Shown one piece after another: positions 1-13,765 of a stretch of DNA of 63,695 bases. The stretch covers positions 37,275,440-37,339,134 of the forward strand of contig NC_068994.1 in assembly GCF_001194135.2 (NCBI RefSeq), written 5' to 3'. The stretch comes from Octopus bimaculoides. Lineage: Eukaryota. The notes under the pieces were generated by a model. That model had not been told where the DNA came from. It saw only the letters and a list, made by a program, of their open reading frames with translations, and made no database searches. A program made the translations under genes and the position numbers. Positions within the stretch are counted from its first letter, which is position 1. The number at the start of each line of letters is the position of its first letter.

Positions 1-9
1 CATTCATAA

Positions 10-270
10 ATATAATTCCAAGTGCTCCTACAATCACTGGTATTGTAACCATCTGGAGATGCCACATCTTTTCGATTTTGATTAGCAAATCTTTATATTT
101 TCTGAGCTTATCAAATTCTTTTGCCGAGATATTATGGTCACAGGGTATGCTCATGTCAATCAATAAACAGACTTTATTGCTTTTGTCTTTCACAACAATA
201 TCTGGTTTATTTGCCTTGATAGTTCAGTCTCTATAAACTGGGAAGTCCCAAAGAATAGTTACATATTCTG
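10..270 (-). mobile_element. Non-LTR retrotransposon remnant, restriction-like endonuclease (RLE) domain, R4/NeSL-like
   Basis: Manual translation VTILWDFPVYRD*TIKANKPDIVVKDKSNKVCLLIDMSIP...KYKDL...MWHL...IPVIVGALG, the PD-(D/E)xK RLE signature. Confidence 0.8.
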
Positions 271-629
271 GGGGTTGGAGCTCTCTATCACATTACTCAC
301 TTCTCTATCACTTATAACCCACCTTTCCCATCAGTCATTTATGCTGCTCAGATAATAATGGTTGGTACAAGCTTATTGGCATTAGGTCCACTTTGTCCCC
401 CTCTGTGACCATACTCATCACTCTAGCTTTCTCACCTATTACTATCTACATAAGAAAATTACATTGGACCATCTTCATCACTCTACCTTTCTCACTCATC
501 ATTATGCGTATCTTGAAGAAACTCCACCAGAATGTTTGCACCCAACATACTCTGACTTCACCCCTTTCTGTTCTGCCACTCACCACTCCCTTTCCTTGCT
601 GCCAGTCATCATACACCTTTACCTGGGCC

Positions 630-801
630 CAGTAGTATAGCTAGAGGAGTAAGGTGTGGGGACGTGACACCCCAGTGACATTTTTAAGGAGATGGAATTT
701 CTGGTTCTGCTGTATAATTTTGTATAGGCTTGGTGTGGCCAGGGGTGAGGTGAAAAGCTCAGGGGCTACCCTGGGTAGCCCACACTCTAACTATACTACT
801 A
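630..801. mobile_element. MITE, hAT-like
   Basis: 16-bp TIRs agtagtatag(c/t)tagag (631-646 / 785-800), 8-bp TSD-like flanks cctgggcc / ctttggcc, internal palindrome gggctaccc-t-gggtagccc at 763-781. Confidence 0.55.
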
Positions 802-2690
802 CTTTGGCCATTTCTGCTCCTGTTCATCACCATAGGCTTGGGAACAGTGGGTGCTAGGACACACCCTAATTTCTTTTCCTTCTATCAGTGGTTGGGCAAT
901 GAAAACGTGTTGAACGCCACAGGTTGGATCTGGGTGAAGAAAATTTTGTTCCTGTACTTATGTCTATCACTCCACCCTAGGTCTTCGCTCCAATTAATTT
1001 ATCTCTAACATCACACTTTATTCCTTTCGCCTACCCATTCCGGTTTCTCTTTCTCTCCCTCTTTTTCCTTTCTTTCTTTCTGTCTATTTGTCTGTCTGTC
1101 TCTCCCAGCGGGCTCATTATATGAAGCAAGCAAACACGTTGCTTAGTATCCAAGCAAGTAGAGCGAAGTCACAAAGGGAGGTAACTGTGTTATCCTCAGT
1201 AACAATAGATGCTGTTTATTAGCACCAAACGAAGTTCTTGAAGAGAAAACACGAATCAACAAAGGGGAAAATAAAGTCGTGTTTTAAATCCTCAGGATTT
1301 AAAATCTCATTAATTTCTACTTTGAAAAGGGTAAACAAAAAAAAAAAAAGTTATGTCAGATTTGCGACGAAATACAAAACAATGTTTCTTTAACTTTTTA
1401 TTAATATTATTATTATTTTTGTTTTATTTATTTTTGTGTTTCGTCTTTATCCAGTTTTGTTCCAATCGCTATTACAATTCCTATACAAGTTTAAAACTTA
1501 GTAGAGCTATTAAACTGGCTTTTGATCCTCTACATCAACCTTGTAACCTCTCAGAAACGTTGAGATAACAGACGAATTGATTTTTTTTCAAAAATACGTG
1601 AACACCACACACACACACACACGTTTCTATATACACACGTATTTAAAAACAAGTGATCGAAATAAATGTGATAAATAAGCTAAGGGGTGATATACGCAAA
1701 AGATTCTCAATTAATTGAAATTTCCTCTTTAGTTTGTAGAAAGAAAAATAAAAATATCTAAATATCTGTGTTCTCGACATAGAAATACATACACATGCAC
1801 ACACACGCACATACGCGCGCGCACACAGACACATTCACGGACGTTGAGGCACGCAGACGTTCACACGCATACATACATGTACTCACATTCATCCACTTTT
1901 ACCTCCCTCCACACACACACACACAGTCACATAACAGTATACGCAGGCACAAATATCAGCGTTTGCAAATATACTAGTGTGTTCATGCATCATAAAACAC
2001 AAGCAAATAAACACGACTGAAAAACAAAACTAATACTGAAATATAATATAAATTTATCTTCGCCACCAACCCCAGATACAAACATCATACACGTGCGCAC
2101 ACACGCACACACACATACATACACATTCTTCACAACATATGAACGCACTCACACGCGCGCGCGCATACACCCGTGTGTTTCTCTTATTTGTTTCAGTCCT
2201 TGGACTCTGCTCATGCTGGAGCACTGCTTTGAAGTGTTTAGTTCAACGAATAGGCTCCAGTACTTATTTGTACCAAAGTCCTGTACTTATTCTATTAACA
2301 ATCTTTTGCTGAACCGCTAAGTTACAGAGACGTAAACAAACGAATACCCGTTGTCAGGTGGTGTTGGGAGATAAAATACATAGAAACACGCACACACACA
2401 CGCACACACAATTTGCTTACACATAGTGTCAGTCTAGCAAATTCTCTCACAAAGCATTGGTCAACCCTGTGTGTTATAGTAGAAAACACTTGACAAAGGT
2501 GGTGCACAGAAGGACTGAACCCAAAACCAGGTGGTTCCAAAAGAAGCTTCTTTGCTACACTGACGTTTCTTTAACCTGTTACTCGTTTCAGTCACTGAAC
2601 TGTGACCATGCTGTAGCACAACCTTGAAGGGTTTAGCTTAACAAATTGACCTCCGTATTGGCTCTAATTTCAATAGGAAATCTTGTAGGA

Positions 2691-3672
2691 ATAACTTTAA
2701 AAAAAAATAATAATTGCACTGCTAACACAGGTAGGACTTATATGCCTTTAATATACTTGGTAGTATATTGTTGCATAACGAAATACCGTACTCCTATCAA
2801 CAATTAATATGTATGTACCAGTTATGGCGGTGAGCTGGCAAAATTGTTAATGTGCTGGTAAAATGCTTAGCCTTTTGTGGTTAATAAAATAAGTATCAGT
2901 TGAGTACTGGGGTCGATGTAATCAACTTAACCCCACCCCCAAAATTGCTGGCCTTGTGCCAAAATTTTGTAATCAATATGTATGCACCAGTTGTCAGCGA
3001 TGTGATTAATATATAAAAGTGTTATATCAAATTGTGTTACACTGCTATATTTAGTGGCTATTTAAGCAATGTGTTTGAGGCTGGTTAATAAGTTAGATGT
3101 GGTACTGATGAAAGAGCAAGAACTCCCAAAATATGTATATACACCCATTTCCTATTTTCTTATCTTTGATCACATTGTTTACATAGATGTAGTCATATAT
3201 GAAATGTCATAACTTTAAAAACCTCATAACTTTTAAAAAATTATTTAATTGCACTGCTAGCATATGTAAGCCATAGTATTGACCTATAAGCCTGTAATAT
3301 ACTTGATAGTATGTTATGGTTGCATAATGAAACATGGTGTCCTGACCAGCAATTAATAAATATGTACCAGTTGCCAAGAATGTGTTTAATATGGAAAATT
3401 GGTGGTAATTTAAGCAATGTGTTTGTAGATTGTAAATGGGTTGGATGTGGTGCTGAAGAAGGAGCAGAGTTCCTGAAATACACATATACACCCATTTCCT
3501 ATTTTATTATATTTGATTGCTTTGTTTACATAGACATTGTTGTTTATGAAGCATCACAACTTTAAAACTATCATAACTTTAAAACCATCGTAGCTTTAAA
3601 AACATCATAACTTTTTAAAAAAGTGATTTAATCATACTGCTGATACAGGTAAGATGCATTATTGACCTATAA
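2691..3672. repeat. Diverged tandem repeat, about 370-380-bp unit, roughly 2.2 copies
   Basis: Shared blocks (ataactttaaaa...taattgcactgct; tatacacccatttcctatttt; ttgtttacataga) recur from about 2691, 3225 and 3605. Confidence 0.8.
2824..2974 (+). mobile_element. tRNA-derived SINE family A, internally deleted, with TSD
   Basis: Head ggcggtgagctggca shared with many copies in the window; 18-bp TSD aatatgtatg(t/c)accagtt at 2806-2823 / 2975-2992. Confidence 0.8.
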
Positions 3673-3747
3673 GAGTTTTGAAGAGCTCACTCAAACAATA
3701 GAAATAGCAGTCAAATTTCCCTCAAACTTCGTTCTATAGTATTGGCT

Positions 3748-4118
3748 TCAAATTTTAGGCACTAGGTCGGCAATCTTATGTGAGTGGGTAAGTTGATTTG
3801 ATCAACCCCAATGCTCATCTGATATTTATTTTATTGATTCTGAAAGGGTGAAGACAAAATCGACCTAGGCAGCATTTAAAATTTGTTCTATGATATCTGT
3901 TTCAAATTTTAGCATAAGGCCAGCAATTTTAGGGTGGGGGTAGGGTGTATGTCGATCACTACAATCCGAAGGTTCAACTGGTACTTATTTCATCAATTCC
4001 AAAAGGATAAAAGACAAAGTTGGCCTCAGTGGAAATTGAACTCACAATGTAAAGATAGATGAAATGACACTAAGCATTTTGCCCAGCGTGCTTGATTTTT
4101 TTCCACTTTACTGCCTTA
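3748..4118 (-). mobile_element. Two SINE family A copies/fragments
   Basis: Reverse complements of the family A body (aaaggcaaagtcgacc, gaactcagaa, ctaagcatttt). Confidence 0.7.
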
Positions 4119-4454
4119 GTTCATTCTCCGATATTAAAAAAAAGATAGTATAGAACTAGATACAATGATGTTGAAAGATCTCTCAGTGCTCTGGAGGCAA
4201 TGGAAGCACTTTTGGTGCTCATACTTAATTAAAAGGCATGATAGGCTAGATATACATATTTATACATATAGGTTTGTAAAAATGTTGCATGCCTTCATAC
4301 CAGTACTCAGTCAGGAATGATCACATCTCGTTGCTCTTCCCTTGCTATGTGAGTGACTTTATACACTGCCTGAGATAGAATAGAATAGTCAAAGGTGGAA
4401 ACTCTTTGATTATTGGTCTATTCTAATGGCATTGTCCTAAGGCTAAACATGTAA

Positions 4455-5200
4455 AAAGCACTGGCGATGGTACCACATAAAAATCATGGGAGCTGCTGCT
4501 ACATAAAAAACACTGGTGATGGTGCCATGTAAAAAGCACCCAGTACACACTGTAAAGTGGTTGGCATTAGGAGGAACAGCCAACTATAGAGACCAAGCCA
4601 AAACTAAAAATGATACATGCAGTTAAGTAATTATCACAATAGCATGCATGCTGTATTTGATGGCATAAAAGACGCATGGGTATATTAGATGCATCCCAAA
4701 TTCAGCAATGTATATTCAGGGAAAAAGTTTTTGTGCATTAAAGCATGTAGTCAAACTGATGGTCACCATTGTTGTTCTGTTCAGAATGGATCTTTATTAG
4801 ATGGTATGAAGTTTAGGCTATGTGCTGTCCCATATTAAAACCAACTCCAAACTGTTTTTGATAAATATCTATTTATACACATACACATCATGTGCCTTGT
4901 AGAGAACCTTGGTGCTGGTACCACATAAAATTCATTGGTGCTGGTGCCTAATGAAAAGCACTGGTGCTGGTGCCAATTAAAAGCCACCGGTAATGGTACC
5001 ACATAAAAAGCACTGATGATGGTGCCCTATAAAAAGCACCCAATGCACTCTGTAAAGTGACTGGTATTAGTAAGGGAATCAAACTGTAGAAACTAAGTCA
5101 AAAGAGACTATGGAACCTGGTGCACCCCTGGTCTTGCCAGCTCCTGTCAAGCCGTCCAACCCATGCCAGCATAGAAAACAGAAGTTTACTGATGATGATC
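4455..5200 (+). mobile_element. Two fragments of a (GAT)n-tailed retroelement 3' region with about 30-bp subrepeats
   Basis: Tandem ggtgctggtgccac.taaaaagcac units followed by gtggttggcattagga...ccaacccatgccagcat and a gatgatgat tail; same family as 23408-23560. Confidence 0.65.
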
Positions 5201-6365
5201 CAGATGTTTACCAGATTTGAATTGCTGTCTGCCAATAGTAAATGAATTTTACACAACACCAGCACCGGCCACAACTATGATCTCATTTGGCTTAACATGT
5301 CTTCTCAAGCATGGTATAATGCCAAAGGTCTTGGTCACTGGTCAAGCACGGTATAATGCCAAAAGTCTTGGTCACTTAAGTTAGTTAATGTTTATTTATT
5401 TCTAGTACAGACAAACATACTATCAAAATATTTTGAAGGATATCAATTATATCCTCTGAACTCCAAATACTTGATTGACACTTCATTTTATCAACCCTGG
5501 AAGAGTGGAAAGCAAAGGTGACTAAGATAGAATTTAACTAAAGAGTGTTGAGGCCATAACTGAATACTAACTGTAATAAGGTATTTTGTTCGGCAACCTA
5601 AAGATTCCACTTTTTACATTTTAATAAACACCAAAGTAACATAAAATCATAAAATAGTTAAGCTGACATGGAGACAAAAAAAAAAAAAAAAGACTGATTG
5701 AATTTCACTGATCAGTTTTGCAGAAATGGATTGATTTATTGATGAAGTTAGCTCAACTTTCACGTTGACTGGGCAGTTCACTTTCTGTACTGGTAATATA
5801 TACCGGGATCCCCAATTCGAAAGGGTGTCATCAAGAATATTTACTTAGAGGTTTGTCATTATCATCATCATCACTGCAACTGCTACCATGGTTAGGACAT
5901 AGACTAAATATACATTGAAAAACACACTTTAAATTTTGATTAACTGAGGACAGTGAAAACTGTCAGTAAAATGTGATTTTCTTTTCCCTGCAGAACTTCT
6001 TATGATACAACTTGCATTAAATTTTATTCACTAAAACTTTTTTATGCACAAACTTATATCCGTACGAAAACTTTTTAGTAAAATGTAATTCTCTCACTTT
6101 CTATTTTATTTTATTTTATTTTTATGTAAAAATGATCTTCTGAAAACACATCTTGATATTTTTATAGTAAAACCATTATAAGAAAACATTTATCGTGTGA
6201 TAACAATTTTGTATCTATATTTCCATATATAATGGGGATATTTACCATGTGCATTAAAAAATAAAACTTGTTTTCTTCATATGTGTTAATACACACACAC
6301 ACACACATGCACACACACACACACACACACACACACAAGAATATATATATATGCATAGATATGTA

Positions 6366-6408
<43 letters not shown>

Positions 6409-7707
6409 ATTAATAGTGACAGAAGCAGTATAAATACCAAAAGGTAATATTTATTTCTCCTTAAGAGTGGATGTTGTGTTAGAACACAGAATACTGCTAT
6501 AGTTATTATAAGGGTATAAGGGGACTTCTCATATGGACTAATGGTGCATATAAGTGCTTGTGTTTATACTACTAGTGGGTAGATAATTATCCCCTATCAT
6601 CTGCAGATCACATGATTTTGGCCTTCCTTGGCCTTATCGATGTGTGTGTGTATGTTTGTGTTTATCCTGCACCACTACTTGACAACTGGTGTTGGTTTGG
6701 TCACATTGCCATAACTATAACTTGGACTCTTTGAGCTCTGAACTCAAATCCTTCTAGGGTTGATAAAAAATATCAGTTCAGGCACAGACATTAATGAGTG
6801 GTTAAGAAATTTGCTTTCCAGTCATATGATTTCAAGTTCAGTCCCACTGTGTGGCATCATGGGCATATCTTCTACTATAGCTCCAGGCTGTCCAATACTT
6901 TATGAGTAGATTTGGTGCATATGTACACATGCTCGTGCACACACACACATTCACACACACACACGCGCATACACACACACACATATGCATGAGTGTGTAC
7001 ATACATGCATGCATACATATATATTCTGCTCTATATCTATCTTTATATTTCATATAAAAGTGTGTGCATGCATGTGCGCGTGTGTGTGTGTGTGCATGTG
7101 TAGAAAGAGTATTGGATGTAATGGTTTGAATATCAGTGATGTAGAATTTGTAAAAACACTTATTTTTTTTTTTTATCCAATTTTCATTTTCATTTTTTAA
7201 TAATCAGAAACTAATTTGGGTCTATGTACTAGATTCTGTTTCTTTTTTTTTTTTTTAATATATGTATATTATTATTATATTAACAAATACAAAATTTTTT
7301 TGCTATATAAATATATTTTGTTTGCATTTGAAGTGTATAAATTTATTTTGTTTGAATATATAATTACATTTTCATTCTCTATCACTTGAAACAACAGCAT
7401 TTTTTTATTTTCACAAGTGAAACAGTACAATACCAAATACTTTCATTATTGAATATACATAACTTGCATTATTCTGGAAACTAATATAGCTATTATTGCA
7501 ATAATGATTTGTTTGCTTTTTTTTTTATCTATGTAATTAATATGTAAATATATGTATATAGCATTGGTTTAAGATTCTTTATTAATCTGTTTCTTTTTTA
7601 AGGTATTTTTTATGCTGATTAAATAGAAACAAAACAAAAAATTAGTTTTGTATATTTATTTAGCTATTGTTATTGTTGCTGTTATTATTATTTTATTATT
7701 ATTATTG

Positions 7708-8146
7708 AGCTGGCAAAATCATTAGAATGCCGGGTGAAATGCATAGCAGCATTTTGTCTGATTTGATGTTCTGAGTTCAAATTCCACCAAGGTCAGTTTT
7801 GCTTTCATCCTTTTGAGGTTGATAAAATAAGTACCAATAAAGCACTGAGGTCAATGTAATCTTTTCTAAAATAGGCACAAAGGCTGAAATTTGGTGGGAG
7901 GGGACTAGTTGATTACATTGACCCCAGTGTTTCACTGGTATTTAATTTATTGACCCCAAAAGGATGAAAGGCAAAGTCGACCTCAGCGAAATTTGAACTC
8001 AGAACGTAGTGACGAACGAAATACCGCTAAGCATTTCGTCCAGCGTGCCAACGATTCTACCAGCTCATCGCCTTGCACTGGAGTCGATGTAATCGACTAA
8101 CCCCCTCCCCCAAAACTTCAGGCCTTGTGTCTATAGTAGAAAGGAT
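7708..8146. mobile_element. SINE family A (+) interrupted by an inverted family A copy (7871-8076, -)
   Basis: The + head/body at 7708-7860 resumes at 8077; a full minus-strand copy lies in between. Confidence 0.8.
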
Positions 8147-8725
8147 TATTATTATTATTATCATTGAGTGAGAGAGCAGTGCACGCCATTAAAGTGACAT
8201 TGGGGTAAAATATATGAAACCTAATATACACACCATGACTACCTGTCTGATAAGGATACATCAGATACATGCATCACAAACATATGAGTGCAACATGATA
8301 ATCTCATATAAAGAGAAACAGTGCATGAGCTTGCAGGTGGGGCCCAGTTAGAATTTTCTTCAGGTTGAATAGACCATCCCACTCAAAAGGTACCTGAATA
8401 GGGGTGGTTTAAGGATGTTGAATGAAACAACCATGTTTCCAAACGTGAATTATCCAAACCCCAAAGAATTCCTCTCAACACATGCTATGGTACTCCCCCA
8501 CCACTTCTACTTGTGATCAGAGATGGACATATCGTCAGCCACTAAGGGACATACTCAACTGGTTAAGGTCAAGCAACTGACAAGCAAATCTGTGGTATTA
8601 AGCAGAATATCTGCTGTAGCCCATCTTTTATACCAAGACAAAACAATGTATATGAAAACACTTCCAATCAGTTCAGATCAGAACCCATGAGAGCCACTGT
8701 CTGGTACTGCATCAGGGTGGAAATG
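8147..8725 (-). mobile_element. (TAA)n-tailed retroelement 3' end, family unassigned
   Basis: Non-simple sequence ending ...gcactgctctctcactcaatgataataataa on the minus strand; no ORF recognised. Confidence 0.4.
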
Positions 8726-8737
8726 TTATCATTATTA

Positions 8738-9097
8738 TTAGCTCCGCCTAAGCAAAGACGGAGGTATTATTTTCAGTTGTGTATGTTTGTTTGTTTCTTT
8801 GTCTGGGGACAAGATATCACAAGAACCGCTGGATGGATTTGGATGAAACTTTCAGGGATGTTTGGCCTTGTGACTGGCAAGAACTGATTAGATTATAGGA
8901 TCGATCCGGTACCGGACAAGGATTCTGGATTATGTTCCCGGTTTTTTTACTTAATTTTTGAGAGTGGTTGGGTTCATTTTTAGCATTCTTGCTTGTGAGA
9001 GCTGTTGAGTTTATTTTAAAAAATCATCTCTGGCTAATTGTTGAGAGGATGTTAGTGTCACCTTGGCAGAGGTTTGTGCTCTCTGAGTGCTCTTGTT
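8738..9097 (+). mobile_element. DINE-1/HINE-like non-autonomous (Helentron-type) element
   Basis: 5' ctccgcc and 3' ccttggcagag subterminal inverted motifs, short (tgtt)n tract near the 5' end, 3' stem-loop gtgctc-tct-gagtgc, T-rich flanks. Confidence 0.55.
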
Positions 9098-9272
9098 ATT
9101 ATTATTATTATTAGTATGGTTGCTATTATTATTATTATTATTATTATCATCATTATTATTATTATTATTATTNNNNNNNNNNNNNNNNNNNNNNNNNNNN
9201 NNNNNNNNNNNNNNNNNNNNNNNNNNNNNNNNNNNNNNNNNNNNNNNNNNNNNNNNNNNNNNNNNNNNNNNN

Positions 9273-9370
9273 AATGCATCCCAGACACCTCGAAACATCA
9301 ATGAGGTGTTTGGTGAAGGCATGGTGAATTTTCAGACATCAAATTCACTCACAAGGACATTAGTGGGCTT
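9273..9370 (+). mobile_element. Mariner transposase N-terminal (HTH) fragment
   Basis: NASQTPRNINEVFGEGMVNFQT resembles the mariner paired-like HTH start; lies directly after a 100-N gap. Confidence 0.45.
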
Positions 9371-9503
9371 CAAGCTATTGCAGAAGACAAAGGCTCAAGG
9401 CTGAATCATGCAGTTTTGAAACTTCACTGCTATGCCTATGCATAAGGTTTGATAATGTATTGTTCAATAAAATAGAGTAATATACAATACATGAGCATAC
9501 TTA

Positions 9504-9700
9504 AGGTGGCAAGCTGGCAGAATCGTTACTGTGCTGAGCAGCATGCTTAGCAGCCTTTCATCTGTCTTTACATTTTGAGTTTAAATTCCACAGAGATTGA
9601 CTTTGCTTTCATCCTTTTAGACATGATAAAATAAATACCAGTTGCACACTGGGATGAACGTAATCGACTTACCTTCTTCCCTCAAAATACTAACCTTGTG
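9504..9700 (+). mobile_element. SINE family A
   Basis: taaggtggcaagctggcagaatcgtt...gagtttaaattcc...ctttcatcc...ccttgtgccaa. Confidence 0.8.
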
Positions 9701-10099
9701 CCAAGACTTGAATTTGATATATGTACATCCTAATCTAACATCTCCTTTACCATGCTTGCATGAGTCAGATGGAATTTGTTGAGGCAGATTTTCTATGGCT
9801 TGATGCCCTTTCCATCATCAGCCCTAATCTGTTTCCAAGCAAGGTGATATTTTTCCATGGTCAGATTTGTTTTCCATTGAACACAAGAATAGAAACAAAC
9901 ATCGCTTCTAGGATGGTGATGCTTGTTTTACAATCATCACATGATGTCAAGACAAGGGTACACACACACACACATATCTGTGTATGTGTGTATAAATATA
10001 TATGTACTCACACATAATTATGTGTATGAATATTGTATATAATTTACACATATACACAATGTTATAAATAATATATATATATATTTATGTATGTATGTA

Positions 10100-10456
10100 G
10101 TGGAGGTGCAATGGCCCAGTGGTTAGAGCATTGGACACGTGGTCATAGGATCGCAGATCAGGCATTGTGTGTGTTTATTGAGTGAAACACCTAAAGCTCC
10201 ATGAGGATCCACCAGGGTGTAGTGGTGAACTCTGCTGTACTCTTTCACTACAACTTTCTCTCACTCTTTCTTCCTGTTTCTGTCGTACCTGTATTTCAAA
10301 GGACCAGCCTGTTCACACTCTGTGTCACACAGACTCTCCCTGAGAACTACGTTAAGGGCACATGTTTCTGTGGAGTTCTCAGCCACTTGCACATTAATTT
10401 CAAGAGCAGTTGTTTGATTGAATCACCTAGAACCCTCGTCGTCACCGATGGAGTGC
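10100..10456 (+). mobile_element. tRNA-derived SINE family C
   Basis: A-box tggcccagtggttagagc; B-box region deleted; about 300-bp unique body; sits between microsatellites. Confidence 0.7.
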
Positions 10457-10634
10457 TTTAGTAGTATATGTATATATATATATATATGTACATATATACA
10501 TATACATTTATATATACATAACCACATACATATGTAAACAAACATACATATATATGCATATGTGCGTGTGCATGAGTGCTTTATATATATATATATATAT
10601 ATTATTTTTTATTTATTTATGCATTGTTACTGAA

Positions 10635-10717
10635 TTAATAATTTGAAATGTCAGTAAAAAAACTGGGATCAGGTGGTGAAATTCTTTCCTGTACATCCAA
10701 ATATGTTACAGAGATTA
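10635..10717 (-). CDS. Candidate terminal coding exon of the protocadherin ((V)ISVTYLDVQERISPPDPSFFTDISNY*)
   Basis: Acceptor ttctttgctttccattgtcag at 10718-10720, non-repetitive open frame in phase 1, TAA, then AATAAA at 10617-10608. Linkage to the gene is inferred. Confidence 0.35.
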
Positions 10718-10800
10718 CTGACAATGGAAAGCAAAGAATATTTTGAATAAAATTATATAAAAAAATGTCAAAAAATATACGTGTGATTGTGTGTATATAC

Positions 10801-10836
<36 letters not shown>

Positions 10837-11629
10837 ATAAATATATGTAGATATGCATGCTTACATACACAGGCACACATGCACACACACAAATACAAGC
10901 ATGTATGCATACACATATATACATACACATATATACATACACATATATGCATAAATATAGCTATATATGCGTGTAAATATATGTATACATACACATGCAT
11001 ATATATGATATATATGTACATATGTGTGTGTGCGTATATACATATATATTTGTCTACATGTAGTATAAGTGTATAAAAGACAGAGAAGGAAAGAAAGAAA
11101 GAAAGAAAGAAAGAGTGGGTGGGTGTAAAAGAAGGAAGGAGAAAGTGGAAAGAGAATATTTCCCTGTGTCTGTAGCTTTGACAGATTAGCAACAAAACAC
11201 ACAAAAATAAAAGAAAAAGTAATAAAGAAAGAAAAACAGAAAACTAAGCATAAATCAAACAAATAAAAAAACAAAAACCTCTCTGAATGGCTAACTACAG
11301 AGCTTGTTTCTTAGAAAGTTCTTTCTTTCTTTTTGCTTTGTTTTCTGGTTTTTTTTCTTTTTTTTTTTTTTTAGAAATTCTAATTTCCTTGAAAGAATTC
11401 AGTTTCCTAAAACTGAAAATATTTGCAGAAGAATCAGCCTCAATTCAACAATACATCTAAATGAAAGACTGGATTAAATGTCAAATGAAACAGTTGACAG
11501 TTATTGATGCATTGTAGCTCTCTCTTGTGACAGTTGAGGCAGGGCAGGCATGGTGTGGGGGCTGGGATATATTTTCTTCTATATATCATCCTACAAAATA
11601 CTATAGCTCAACAACTCTGCCCTTTCTGC

Positions 11630-11663
<34 letters not shown>

Positions 11664-12128
11664 TGTATGTGTGTGTGTATAATGTTGCAGTATTTACATA
11701 TTGGCATGTCATTTCATCGGCGTAACATAATACCGGTTAAAAACACTGTAACATTGCACGAAATGCTGTGGATGTAAAGATTTGTTGTTGAGTTATAATA
11801 TATTAATATATGTATATACAGGTACGTATGCATACATGTTCATGTGCGTACATACATATGTATATGCGTTTGCACAGATATACACACAGCTATTCATATG
11901 TATGTATATGCATCTGCTTATGCAGATTTTGATTGTTCACGTGTGTGTGTGTATATACACACATGTATATGCATATATATATATATATACTTATACATAT
12001 GTATACACACACACATTTATATATGCATATATATGCATAATATGATTATATATATACATATTTATGTATGCATATATATACACACACATATATATATACA
12101 TATATACATACATACATANNNNNNNNNN

Positions 12129-12167
<39 letters not shown>

Positions 12168-13311
12168 ATATATATACATGTATGGATATATGACTGTGTA
12201 TATTTCTTTCAATGTATCTGTGTTTATACAAATACTGTATTGACATATATTAGTATATTATAGAGTCTGTATATGTGCTAATACCCTTACACTTACATAA
12301 ACATATACAAAATTACAAACATACATTCATACATATAAACATATATACATTCATACACATAAACATATATACATGCATACATATATGTAATTAATAATTT
12401 GTGCAAAGTTTTCTATACATGTTCACCTAACAATAGAAACAGCACAATTTTTTAAATTATTTTATTCTTTTATACATCTGAGTGTTATTTAGAATCAGTT
12501 CTGACTGAATATATTTATTATTAAGACATTTAATATTCTGTACTTTAGAGTTGGAACTAAATTTCACCATCATCTATCTCAAGCATCATTTAATTTTTGC
12601 AGTAGTCACATCAGTCGATTCTTCACTGTTACATTTGTTGAATGCCAAATAATCAAAGTTAGAAGAACAGAGGCTAGTGAATCATTCAAACCACCCATTA
12701 ATTGTCCTTCAAATTATAAATGCAAGCATGGCACAGGCATGGTCATCTTAAGGTACAGCCACACTGGACAATTGTCCAGGGATTTCAAAGATTTAGAGGT
12801 CCAGTTCTCATCTATTCTGATACATGAATTCTGTGGCTTACTATCCCAATAAATGAATGCTATAGGACCGAGCACATTTACTCAATGCCATACGATGCTG
12901 CAAATCAGGACCCGGATACTGGTGTATATGTATTAAATAAATAAACATACACACACACCCACACATACATACACAGAGCTTGTCCAAGGTGCCATGCAAT
13001 GAGACTGATGCTGGAACCATGTAGATGGGAAGCAAGCTTCTCATCACACATGCCTGCACCTATAATACAGAACTTTTTAAAACCAAGGTCTTTATTGCAT
13101 GATGGCTGATGATTAATATTCACATTTATTTGTAATAAATCTGTACAATTTCTCCTCTTTTATATCAAGATTCTCCAATAATCTTGTTCACTCTAACATA
13201 TATCCATATATGTGTGTGTGTGTGCACACGCATGTGTGTGAATGTGCGCACACATGTGCGTGTTTGTGTATATATGTATGTATGTATGTATGCATTTATG
13301 TATGTATGCCT

Positions 13312-13559
13312 TTTCTTTTATTCTTTAATTTTTGATTTGCTTCAGCCATTTGACCTGTGACTATGTTAGAGCACTGCCTTTAGTTGAACAAATCAACCCC
13401 AGGACCTATTCTTTTTAAGCCTAGTACTTGTGCTATCAATCTCTTTTACCCAACCACTAAGTTACAGGGATGTAAACACACCAGCATTGGTTGTCAAGCG
13501 AGGGTGGGGATACAAAAAGACGCATAAACATACACACACACACACACACACGCATGCAC

Positions 13560-13602
<43 letters not shown>

Positions 13603-13765
13603 CGATGGGCTTCTTTCTGTTTCTGTCTGCCAAATTCACTCACAAAGCTTTGGTCAGACAGAAGCTATAGTAGAAAACACTTGCCCAAGTTGTCATGCAG
13701 TGGGACTGAATCTGGAAGCACGATGCTGGTAAGCGAGCTACATACCACATAGCCACTCCTGCGCC
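13312..13765 (-). mobile_element. tRNA-derived SINE family B with internal (CA)n
   Basis: Head ggcgcaggagtggctatgtggta; gttcagtcccactgc B-box; central microsatellite; 3' gcagtgctc...tgaagcaaatcaaaa tail. Confidence 0.85.

Noticed and set aside
4455-5050. About 30-bp repeated units that superficially resemble a CRISPR array
   Set aside because: Eukaryotic DNA, no unique spacers and no cas genes; these are subrepeats of a retroelement 3' region.
5305-5376. Tandem duplication of about 37 bp (also 60-bp spaced repeat at 408-495)
   Set aside because: Ordinary slippage-type duplications with no further structure.
12385-12428. Alternative minus-strand acceptor giving VNMYRKLCTNY* in phase 0
   Set aside because: Weaker pyrimidine tract than 14527 and runs straight into microsatellite.
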